32,000 bases of DNA, taken from assembly GCA_016700135.1 (NCBI GenBank), contig CP065004.1, positions 1-32,000 of the forward strand, in the 5' to 3' direction. The DNA is from Candidatus Saccharimonadota bacterium. GTDB taxonomy: Bacteria > Patescibacteriota > Microgenomatia > UBA1406 > GWC2-37-13. Under the pieces are notes generated by a model, which worked only from the letters and a program-made list of their open reading frames with translations, was not told the origin of the DNA and made no database searches. Positions 8,277-15,990 of the stretch are shown in pieces. The first letter of the stretch is position 1. Every line of letters begins with the position of its first letter. Made by a program: the position numbers and the translations under genes.

Positions 8277-9220
8277 ATATTCTCATAACGGGAGGGTCGG
8301 GCTTTATCGGCTCTCATCTGACGAGACATTACACGAATGCAGGACATCATGTATGGGTTGTTGACAATCTCATTACCGGAAACAAAAACAATCTTGCCGG
8401 TATTTCTCCTGACCTTCTGACTTTTGTAGAGCAGGATGTCTCAACATATGACCTGAAAGATATACCTCACGTTGATATCGCCTTCAATTTGGCATCTCCC
8501 GCTTCACCAGTACAATACAAAAAACATCCGGTCGAAACAATGCTTGCCAACTCTCAGGGCAGTTATCATCTTCTGGAGTTTGCAAGAGCAGGAAAATGTG
8601 ATCGCATAGTTCTGGCTTCAACATCGGAAGTATACGGAGATCCGCTCGAACACCCACAAAAAGAAACCTACTGGGGAAACGTAAATCCTGCAGGTGAACG
8701 GTCATGTTATGATGAAGCAAAACGCTATGCAGAAGCAATAACGATGACGTATCATATGAAATACGGGACACATGTCCGCATTGCCCGTATTTTCAATACG
8801 TACGGACCGAACATGGAACTTGATGATGGCCGCGTCGTTTCCAACTTTATCACTCAGGCCATTCAGGCAAAACCGATTACGATATATGGAGACGGATCTC
8901 AGACACGATCTTTTTGCTATGTTTCGGATCTTGTGCGGGGACTGGCAGCACTCGGCGAAACCGAAGGGATTGACGGCCAAACCATTAATCTGGGAAATCC
9001 GAATGAAAAGACCGTAAAGGAACTTGCCGAAATGATCAAAAGCATGGTACAAACAGGTTCAGAAATTGTCTATCATCCGATCGGTCAGGATGATCCGAAA
9101 AAGCGCAAACCGGATATTACCAAAGCACGTGAAATGCTGAACTGGCAACCTGAAATACATCTTGAAGAAGGGCTTACAAAAACTATTGAGTACTTCAGAA
9201 GTGCTCTTCACACAATATGA
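8273..9220 (+). CDS. uxs: UDP-glucuronate decarboxylase (UDP-xylose synthase)
   Basis: It aligns almost along its whole length with the UXS pattern as I recall it: ILITGGSGFIGSHL, NLASPASP, STSEVYGDPLEHPQKETYWGNVNP, CYDEAKRYAEA, RIARIFNTYGP, DDGRVVSNFI, YGDGSQTRSFCYVSDLV. There is an ATGA overlap with ugd. Confidence 0.88.
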   Translation: MNILITGGSGFIGSHLTRHYTNAGHHVWVVDNLITGNKNNLAGISPDLLTFVEQDVSTYDLKDIPHVDIAFNLASPASPVQYKKHPVETMLANSQGSYHLLEFARAGKCDRIVLASTSEVYGDPLEHPQKETYWGNVNPAGERSCYDEAKRYAEAITMTYHMKYGTHVRIARIFNTYGPNMELDDGRVVSNFITQAIQAKPITIYGDGSQTRSFCYVSDLVRGLAALGETEGIDGQTINLGNPNEKTVKELAEMIKSMVQTGSEIVYHPIGQDDPKKRKPDITKAREMLNWQPEIHLEEGLTKTIEYFRSALHTI

Positions 9221-10362
9221 AAAAAGCAGTTATAGTTTTACCGACATACAACGAAGCACACAATATCACAAAGCTGATCAATCAGATTTTTGATATTGCT
9301 GAAGGGATCCCGAACTGGGAAATTCATATCGTAGTCGTTGACAGTGACTCTCCTGATCATACCGGCAAGATTGTCGAAGATTTATACAACTCCGATAAAA
9401 AGAAATATCGCAATCTTCACGTCATTCATACAAGAAAAGAAGGATTGGGAAAAGCCTATATTGAAGGCTTTCAGACAAGCCTTGAAAAATTAAAGCCGTA
9501 TGTTCTTTTTGAGATGGATGCGGATTTGTCACACGATCCAAAGAAAATTCCTGAATTTTTGAAAGCAATTGAACGGGGTGCAGACTTTGTCATCGGATCC
9601 CGATACCGCCCCGGCGGATCTATTCCTGCCGATTGGGGGCTTCATCGGAAAGTATTTTCATTTTTTGCCAACTGGTTCATCAGGATCGGATATATGAAAT
9701 TCCGTATTACTGACTGGACGACGGGATACCGTGCGATCAAAGCCTGGGTCTTACGTGATAATCTGGCAAAACTCGAAGGGTACACCGGATATGTTTTTCA
9801 GGTGGCGCTTCTTGATAACGCTATTCTTTCAAAAGCGCGGATTGGGGAAGTGCCGATCAATTTTAAGGACCGCAAAGAAGGCGTCTCAAAAATTAACTCG
9901 CTCGAATACATTATTCAGACATTTATATATGTCATTCAGCATTCCCCTTTTGTGAAATTCTGCGTGGTCGGTGGGATCGGATTTATTGTCGATTTCAGTT
10001 TGGCTTACCTTTTTATTCACTCATTTAATATTTCGAAAGTATTGTCAAATATGATGAGTGCGGAAATTGCAATTATCTCGAATTTTATGCTGAATAATTA
10101 CTGGAGCTTTGCCCACAAGCGCATAAGAAGGTCTACTTCACTTCTCTTCAGTTTACTGAAATTCAATCTGGTTTCTTCAGGATCCGTTGTCATTCAGGGA
10201 GTCGGAATGTGGCTTGCTCTTACGATTTTCGGAGACCGCGTCCTGCATCTGAGTTCGCTTGAGCTGCATACGTGGATTATCTATAAGATCCTTATCATTA
10301 TTCTTGTGGTCATTCCCTATTCGTACTTCTTCTACAATAAGATCGTCTGGAAGGATAATTAA
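9217..10362 (+). CDS. Family-2 glycosyltransferase (polyprenol-phosphate sugar synthase type) fused to a C-terminal GtrA-like 4-TM domain
   Basis: The N-terminal part reads VVLPTYNEAHNI ... VVVDSDSPDHT ... EMDADLSHDP ... GSRY, which is the Dpm1/GtrB/ArnC-like GT-A pattern. The C-terminal FVKFCVVGGIGFIVDFSLAYLF ... NNYWSF is GtrA-like. There is an ATGA overlap with uxs. Confidence 0.82.
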   Translation: MKKAVIVLPTYNEAHNITKLINQIFDIAEGIPNWEIHIVVVDSDSPDHTGKIVEDLYNSDKKKYRNLHVIHTRKEGLGKAYIEGFQTSLEKLKPYVLFEMDADLSHDPKKIPEFLKAIERGADFVIGSRYRPGGSIPADWGLHRKVFSFFANWFIRIGYMKFRITDWTTGYRAIKAWVLRDNLAKLEGYTGYVFQVALLDNAILSKARIGEVPINFKDRKEGVSKINSLEYIIQTFIYVIQHSPFVKFCVVGGIGFIVDFSLAYLFIHSFNISKVLSNMMSAEIAIISNFMLNNYWSFAHKRIRRSTSLLFSLLKFNLVSSGSVVIQGVGMWLALTIFGDRVLHLSSLELHTWIIYKILIIILVVIPYSYFFYNKIVWKDN

Positions 10363-11276
10363 TTCACATCAACGTAGTCTCCTGATACCCAACCTTCCGT
10401 CCCGTCTGAAAGCTTGATCTGATACCAGCCGTTTTTCTCATCGGTGTATTCATATTCATCTCCGGGACTGACTTGATCGATCTGAGCACCGGACGTAGAA
10501 GGCTCGTCACGGACATTCAGAAATCCGGTCGGAGTATCGGATATCGTCAGTGTATTTTTAGTAGAAGTACTTGCTGACTTTGTATCTGAATCCGTTTCAT
10601 CGGTTTCTGACCCTTCCTCAGTCTCTGCAGAAGCGGATTCGGAAGCTTCTTTTTGCTGCTCAGTCAGTTCCTGCTCCAGAGTCTTGTGCGTTTTATCAAG
10701 GGCAAGCTTGAAGATGGCCTCCACTGAGTATCCTTTTGCCACATTTATCTTCTGTGTTCTTCTGAAAAAACCCGGCAGATACACGGCAAGTTCATGTTCA
10801 CCGGCCGGAACGTCTTTGAGAGTGAGCGGCGCGATACCTTTTTCATCATTGTCAAGAAATACAATTGAACCTGCAGGGTCTGTGACGACGGAGACCTCAC
10901 CGGTTTCTTCTTTGGGTTTCTTTTCCATTTTCGTGACGGTCAATATCTCGCCGGCTGATGTCAGGTCTGAAGTACCGAGTGCACGGCTGATATATGTAAG
11001 GGTATTGGCATGTACCGTGACTTTCCCTTCCCAGGAGACAGTTTTGCTGTCTTCGCCTTCAGGAATAAGTTTTATGGTGTATTCGCCGGGAGGAACCTTC
11101 TCTTCAAACGGTGTTTTTCCTTTGGGTTCATTGTTTATGAACACACCGGCTGTCGGAGATGAGAGTACTTTTATCCTCCCCAGCTGGTTTGTTTTTTCAA
11201 AAAGAAAGAACCGGACAAGGATGAACAGGATAAACACTGCAATAAGTGCAACAATGACAGTCAGCTTTCTTTTCAT
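10359..11276 (-). CDS. Membrane-anchored PEGA-domain protein with an acidic S/T/E linker and a C-terminal SH3b domain
   Basis: There is an N-terminal TM helix (LTVIVALIAVFILFILV) and two PEGA-like repeats (FINNEPKGKTPFEEKVPPGEYTIKL and FLDNDEKGIAPLTLKDVPAGEHELAV). The linker is EASESASAETEEGSETDETDSD. The SH3b-like C-terminus reads LNVRDEPSTSGAQIDQVSPGDEYEYTDEKNGWYQIKLSDGTEGWVSGDYV. Confidence 0.72.
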   Translation of the reverse strand: MKRKLTVIVALIAVFILFILVRFFLFEKTNQLGRIKVLSSPTAGVFINNEPKGKTPFEEKVPPGEYTIKLIPEGEDSKTVSWEGKVTVHANTLTYISRALGTSDLTSAGEILTVTKMEKKPKEETGEVSVVTDPAGSIVFLDNDEKGIAPLTLKDVPAGEHELAVYLPGFFRRTQKINVAKGYSVEAIFKLALDKTHKTLEQELTEQQKEASESASAETEEGSETDETDSDTKSASTSTKNTLTISDTPTGFLNVRDEPSTSGAQIDQVSPGDEYEYTDEKNGWYQIKLSDGTEGWVSGDYVDVN

Positions 11277-11367
11277 ATGCGTGTCTCTATTCTATCAACT
11301 TAAACCTGTTTTGCAATACAGTCAGATTGCGAATGCCGGGAAATGTATGCTAATATGACAATATGAT

Positions 11368-12714
11368 ATGAGAAAAAAACTTCGTTCTTTTATCCCTTAC
11401 CTCACTCTGATTATATTCCTTACAATCCTTTCGCTTATTGCCCACTCATTTCTGGAGGAAGAAAGTCATTTCATGCATGAAGTCGATTTTCAGCTTTTCG
11501 TGATAGGATCGATGCTGTTTATCGGCTACTACATCAATAGGATTGCCCCGAAAACAATAATTCCGTCTTTTGTTTGGGCAATATTTGCCGGGATGGCATT
11601 ACAACCGTTTCTGTCATTTTTTACGGAAGATGTTGAAAGTCTGAAAATTCTTATGGAGGTATTCGGAGCCATTATTCTTTTTGCCGGCGGACTTGAGATA
11701 CCGTTTCGCAATTTTCAAAAATGGTTTATGCCGATTGCCGCTTTGTCGCTTCTTGGTGTAATCATCAGTTCAGTCGGTTTTGCTTTTGTCATGTATGGGT
11801 TTATGAACCTGATGGGCAATTTTACTCCTGCACTTATTCCGTCTATCCTTATCCTCAGTGCGGCACTTGCCTCTACTGATCCGACGGCCATTATCCCGAC
11901 GCTGAAATCACTGAAATTTACCAGACCCGAGCTCAAACAAATCGCCATTTCCGAGTCAGCACTTACCGATGTCAGCGGAAGTATCTTCACCAGATTCCTG
12001 CTTCTTGCTTTGATTTCCGCTCCTGCCATGCAGACGGGAATTATCCCGTATTTTGTCCCGCTGCTTCAGAAAAGCACCTATGATGCTTTTGCTCTGCAGA
12101 TTATCTCAGGAATTCTGGTCGGATATTTCGGCTTTACTCTTATCAAAAGGTTTTACTACGGGCAGGAAAAGTCTGAAGAAGCGGATCCTGCACTTGTTCT
12201 TGCCGTACCGATATTTACGTTTGTTTTAGGGAACATACTCGGCGGGGCAGGTTTCTTAGCCGCATTTGTCAGCGGACTTCTCACTGAGGTCATCGGGGGC
12301 ATCAAAAAAATCTCTCATTTTTATGAGAGTATTCTGAATCATTTGATAAAACCGTTTATCTTTATCATTCTCGGTGCACTCGTCCCTGTCTCAACTCTTA
12401 TTCAGCTTGCACCCGTCGGCCTTGCCGCCGGTTTTATTTTTATGTTTGTGCTGCGTCCTATTGTCGTCTTTATTTCCCTAGCTCCCTGGTGGTATCAGGG
12501 AGTGTTTCAGATCAAAGATCTCGTATTTTTAAGTTTCATCCGGGAGACGGGAATCATTGCGGCAATACTTCTTGTTATTGCAGCAACCTTTGACATTATT
12601 CAGTCAGATTTTGTCATTGCGATCGGTATGTGGATCATTCTTCTTACGCTTATTCTCGAGCCTCCTCTTACTCCTCTTATCGCGAGGAAAATCGGTGTTG
12701 CCAAAGAAGCGTAA
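11368..12714 (+). CDS. Cation:proton antiporter, CPA1 (NhaP-type Na+/H+ exchanger) family
   Basis: The 448-aa protein is hydrophobic throughout, with at least 10 predicted TM segments. The ALASTDPTAIIP motif is typical of Na_H_exchanger family proteins. Confidence 0.8.
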   Translation: MRKKLRSFIPYLTLIIFLTILSLIAHSFLEEESHFMHEVDFQLFVIGSMLFIGYYINRIAPKTIIPSFVWAIFAGMALQPFLSFFTEDVESLKILMEVFGAIILFAGGLEIPFRNFQKWFMPIAALSLLGVIISSVGFAFVMYGFMNLMGNFTPALIPSILILSAALASTDPTAIIPTLKSLKFTRPELKQIAISESALTDVSGSIFTRFLLLALISAPAMQTGIIPYFVPLLQKSTYDAFALQIISGILVGYFGFTLIKRFYYGQEKSEEADPALVLAVPIFTFVLGNILGGAGFLAAFVSGLLTEVIGGIKKISHFYESILNHLIKPFIFIILGALVPVSTLIQLAPVGLAAGFIFMFVLRPIVVFISLAPWWYQGVFQIKDLVFLSFIRETGIIAAILLVIAATFDIIQSDFVIAIGMWIILLTLILEPPLTPLIARKIGVAKEA

Positions 12715-12773
12715 CATCAAAGTTTGAATTGCAGCAATGCGGTTTATCGCACCATTCCATCCGTGTTTATGGT

Positions 12774-14567
12774 ATGATTGAACTCATGACAAAGGAAAAA
12801 ATCCGTCAAAAAATCTCACGGGCTTTGCAAAAAATGGGAATGCCGACTGAAATGCTGAATGTTTCGGCTCCTGCACAGGAAGGGTTCGGAGATTACTCCG
12901 TATCGGTTGCTTTACAACTTGCAAAAACAACAAAAAGAAACCCTATGGAGATTGCCCAGGAAATAGCAGACAATATCGAAAAGGATGGGTTGATCGAGAA
13001 AGTGGAAGTTATGAAACCTGGATTTATCAATCTCTGGATTTCAAAAGATAAGTTACTGAATACTCTCCAAAATATCGATTCATCATTCGGAAACAACATC
13101 ACGTATCAGGGTAAAAGTATCATTGTAGAGTATTCCTCTCCGAACATCGCGAAGCCCTTTACGGTCGGACATCTCAGATCAACAATCATCGGTGACGCAG
13201 TAGCAAATCTGTTGTCTGCAACCGGTGCGACGGTATTTCGGGATAATCACCTCGGTGATTGGGGGACACAATTCGGAAAGCAAATATATGCGATCAAAAC
13301 ATGGGGAAACGAACAGCAAATTGAACTATCCGACAATCCGGTGAAAGAACTGGTGGCTCTCTATGTCAAATTCCATGAAGAAGCAGAGAAAGACCCGAAG
13401 ATTGAGGAAGAAGGAAGGAAATGGTTTAAGAAACTGGAAGAAGGAGATGAGGAAGCACGCCGTCTGTGGAAAAAATGTATCGATTGGTCATGGAAGGAGT
13501 TCAATAAAATATATGAAAAACTCGGTATATCATTCACAGAAAATGAAGGAAGAGGATACGGAGAGTCATTTTTTGAAGATAAAATGCAGCCCGTGATTGC
13601 TGAACTCCGCAAAAAAAATCTTCTGAAAGAAAGTAAAGGAGCTGAACTGGTGTTTTATCCTGATGACAAGCTCCCGCCACTTATGATTATCAAACAGGAC
13701 GGTGCGACATTGTACTCTACCCGTGATCTTGCCACTGATAAATTCCGACTGGAAAATCCCCGTTACGGGCAGGAAGTCATGATCATCAATGAAGTCGGAG
13801 CCGAACAGGCATTGTACTTCAAACAAATTTTTGAGCTTGAACAAATGCTCGGCTGGACAAAAGAAGGACAACGCATCCATATCAAGCACGGAATGTACCG
13901 ATTTAAGGATATGAAAATGTCCACGAGAAAAGGAAATACGATCTGGCTTGAGGATGTACTTGAGGAGGCAACGAAACGGGCTTTTGAACTAAGTAAGCAT
14001 GAAAGCAAATTTGAAGGATCTGAAGTGGTTTCCATTAACAATAAACACTCAGATTCTGCTAAAAAGAACATCATGGGTTTTGGCTTAAGAAGTAACGTCG
14101 CAGAAAAAGTAGGTATCGGCGCCATCAAATGGAATGATCTGAAAAGAAGCTCTCATCTGGATATCGTTTTTGATTGGGATGAGATTCTGAATATGCAGGG
14201 GAATTCCGGTCCATATGTCCAGTACACGTATGTCCGCTGTAAGTCAGTACTGAATAAAGTGAGCGTCGTCCCGAGCGAAGTCGAGGGATCCCTTTCATTC
14301 CACGAAGAAGAAACGGCAATTCTTCGCACTCTGATCAAATACCCTGAAGTTGTGACTGATGCCGCCAACAACTTTGCACCGAATTATATCACGACTTATC
14401 TGTACGATCTGTCACAGAAATATAATCTTTTTTATCAGAAGCATCAGATACTGAAAGAAAAGAAAGAAGATACAAGAAACTTCAGAATACTCCTTACGGA
14501 AAAAGTAGCCACAGTCCTTTCACACGGACTTTCCCTCCTCGGTATCGAGACCGTAGAGAAGATGTAA
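12774..14567 (+). CDS. argS: Arginine--tRNA ligase
   Basis: Motifs are MKPGFINLWIS, SSPNIAKPFTVGHLRSTIIGD (HIGH-equivalent), MSTRKG (KMSKS-equivalent) and a DALR-type C-terminus ending in M. The start is placed at ATG 12774 (12786 is an alternative). The ORF-track start at 12630 overlaps the antiporter and has no homology. Confidence 0.93.
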   Translation: MIELMTKEKIRQKISRALQKMGMPTEMLNVSAPAQEGFGDYSVSVALQLAKTTKRNPMEIAQEIADNIEKDGLIEKVEVMKPGFINLWISKDKLLNTLQNIDSSFGNNITYQGKSIIVEYSSPNIAKPFTVGHLRSTIIGDAVANLLSATGATVFRDNHLGDWGTQFGKQIYAIKTWGNEQQIELSDNPVKELVALYVKFHEEAEKDPKIEEEGRKWFKKLEEGDEEARRLWKKCIDWSWKEFNKIYEKLGISFTENEGRGYGESFFEDKMQPVIAELRKKNLLKESKGAELVFYPDDKLPPLMIIKQDGATLYSTRDLATDKFRLENPRYGQEVMIINEVGAEQALYFKQIFELEQMLGWTKEGQRIHIKHGMYRFKDMKMSTRKGNTIWLEDVLEEATKRAFELSKHESKFEGSEVVSINNKHSDSAKKNIMGFGLRSNVAEKVGIGAIKWNDLKRSSHLDIVFDWDEILNMQGNSGPYVQYTYVRCKSVLNKVSVVPSEVEGSLSFHEEETAILRTLIKYPEVVTDAANNFAPNYITTYLYDLSQKYNLFYQKHQILKEKKEDTRNFRILLTEKVATVLSHGLSLLGIETVEKM

Positions 14568-14571
14568 TTAA

Positions 14572-14850
14572 TTATTTTTTCGGAATATACACACCGTAAT
14601 AAGTATTGAATTCTGTAGGCATTTGAGAGGTTTTTCCCAACAAAGCGCCTTTATTTACATACTTGACTGCTTTTCCACAGAAAAATATCAACTCTTCTTC
14701 TGATTCAATATTATCTGCAACTGGATCTTGATATAAAATGTCTTCCACCCATTGATACCCCTTTTCTTCACAATTTTTTATATTTAAATCGCTTATTGCA
14801 GGATTTATAAGATCAGCAATCTGTTGAGGTGAAAGATTAAGTCTTTTCAT
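14572..14850 (-). CDS. Hypothetical small acidic protein (92 aa), orphan
   Basis: This is an open frame in a visibly AT-rich patch. No motif is recognisable and there is no SD. A TATAAT box ends 6 nt upstream of the ATG. Whether it is coding is unproven. Confidence 0.45.
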   Translation of the reverse strand: MKRLNLSPQQIADLINPAISDLNIKNCEEKGYQWVEDILYQDPVADNIESEEELIFFCGKAVKYVNKGALLGKTSQMPTEFNTYYGVYIPKK

Positions 14851-14870
14851 ATAAGTATTATAGTAGAAAT

Positions 14871-14943
14871 ATTGATAGCTCTTCTGTACTTCAGAACAAA
14901 TATGTGTAGCTCATATATGCTGTCAATGACAAGAGCTATCAAT
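14871..14943. repeat. 13-bp perfect inverted repeat separated by 47 nt, between the two orphan small ORFs
   Basis: ATTGATAGCTCTT (14871-14883) and AAGAGCTATCAAT (14931-14943) are exact reverse complements. The loop contains a second small palindrome, TGTCA-a-TGACA (14921-14931). Confidence 0.8.
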
Positions 14944-14963
14944 GGTTACGCTACACTACCAGA

Positions 14964-15185
14964 TCATCCTTTACCGCGTTTTCGCTCGGCGTTTTCGCCG
15001 GCATATCCTGAACGTTGCCTGTTCGGATCGTAGAACTTATGGTCGTGACTGTTTCCCTGCCCCGTGAACAGATTAAACTGCGGAAAGGGCATGTAGAACT
15101 GTTGACCATTTTGTCGATACGTCCTCGTCAGACTTCGAAAGGAAGCGCGTTGAGGCATGATCTTTCCCCATCCACCTTTAGCCAT
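14964..15185 (-). CDS. Hypothetical small basic protein (73 aa), orphan
   Basis: A canonical GGAGG (complement of 15191-15195) lies 5 nt before the ATG. It is the only clear Shine-Dalgarno among the roughly 20 starts I inspected. The protein is Gly/Gln/Arg-rich (MAKGGWGK ... AERKRGKG). I recognise no family. Confidence 0.5.
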   Translation of the reverse strand: MAKGGWGKIMPQRASFRSLTRTYRQNGQQFYMPFPQFNLFTGQGNSHDHKFYDPNRQRSGYAGENAERKRGKG

Positions 15186-15353
15186 CTTGGCCTCCGATTG
15201 AGTTGGAAAGTGACTTTACTTCGCACTGTGTCGGAATATAAGATTATGCATACAATCCTATTTCACTCTAGCGAAGCAATATTATTATACCATTACTCAA
15301 CTAATTTAATATAAGAAGTACTTATTGATTATATATAAAACTTGATCCTGTAA

Positions 15354-15905
15354 TCACTCACTCACGGTCGGACTGGGTGTTGGAGTATTGGTAGCTTCCG
15401 GCTTTTCTGTCGGAGTTACATCAGTTTCTTCTTCCTCTTCAGGAGACATAGACTCTCCGTCAGCATTGTTCTGTCCGACAATGACTACGACATCAGCATC
15501 GGTATCCATGTCCAGTTCTTCAACTGTACCCTCGACATCATACTCTTCTCCGATCACGTTCCGAAGTTCTTCTACCCATGACGGATCGACATCAGATGAC
15601 GCATAAATGACGGTAGCTTCATAATCATAGCTGTCGGCATTTGCAGTCCCGCTTACGGTAAATCCTGCATCCTCAAGATATTGCTGGACTTCTCCTGCTT
15701 TGCCCACGATACCGCTGCCGTTTTGTACCTCAATGGAGTACTGCGCACGGTCAACTTCCTGAGGAGTCGGTGTTGCGATCTCTTCCGGCGTAGGTGTCGT
15801 TGAAGTTTCAGTAACCGGCGTACTTGTCCGTGTTGACTGATAGTACAAATATCCTCCCGCTCCGATGAGCGCTACAATTATGACTGCGATTACTGCTTTC
15901 CACAT
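15354..15905 (-). CDS. Membrane-anchored LytR_C (LytR/CpsA/Psr C-terminal) domain protein
   Basis: It has an N-terminal TM helix (AVIAVIIVALIGAGGYLYY) and a T/P-rich linker. The core IEVQNGSGIVGKAGEVQQYLEDAGFTVSGTANADSYDYEATVIY is typical LytR_C. The tail is acidic and T/P-rich. Confidence 0.7.
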   Translation of the reverse strand: MWKAVIAVIIVALIGAGGYLYYQSTRTSTPVTETSTTPTPEEIATPTPQEVDRAQYSIEVQNGSGIVGKAGEVQQYLEDAGFTVSGTANADSYDYEATVIYASSDVDPSWVEELRNVIGEEYDVEGTVEELDMDTDADVVVIVGQNNADGESMSPEEEEETDVTPTEKPEATNTPTPSPTVSE

Positions 15906-15990
15906 AGGTATACATTTAAAAAATATGTAATGAAGTTTCCAAAACTATTATAACTCACTTATTAGATTTGGTGTCAAGGATTTGTAAGAA

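Noticed and set aside
10684-11358. A 224-aa ORF on the plus strand
   Set aside because: It is entirely antisense to the PEGA/SH3b gene, which has recognisable domains. Its translation is S/T/V-rich low complexity with no motif. It is a shadow ORF.
11368-12714. The CPA1 antiporter as a DabB-like membrane partner of the CA-like proteins, forming a DAB-type CO2 pump
   Set aside because: It lies more than 4 kb away with four unrelated genes between. It belongs to the Na_H_exchanger family rather than the NuoL/Mrp-type family of DabB, and it is not co-oriented as an operon with either CA-like gene.
12630-12773. An N-terminal extension of argS from the ORF-track start at 12630
   Set aside because: The extension overlaps the antiporter's 3' end by 85 nt and its sequence (MDHSSYAYSRASSYSSY...) has no ArgS similarity. 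Homology starts near ATG 12774/12786.
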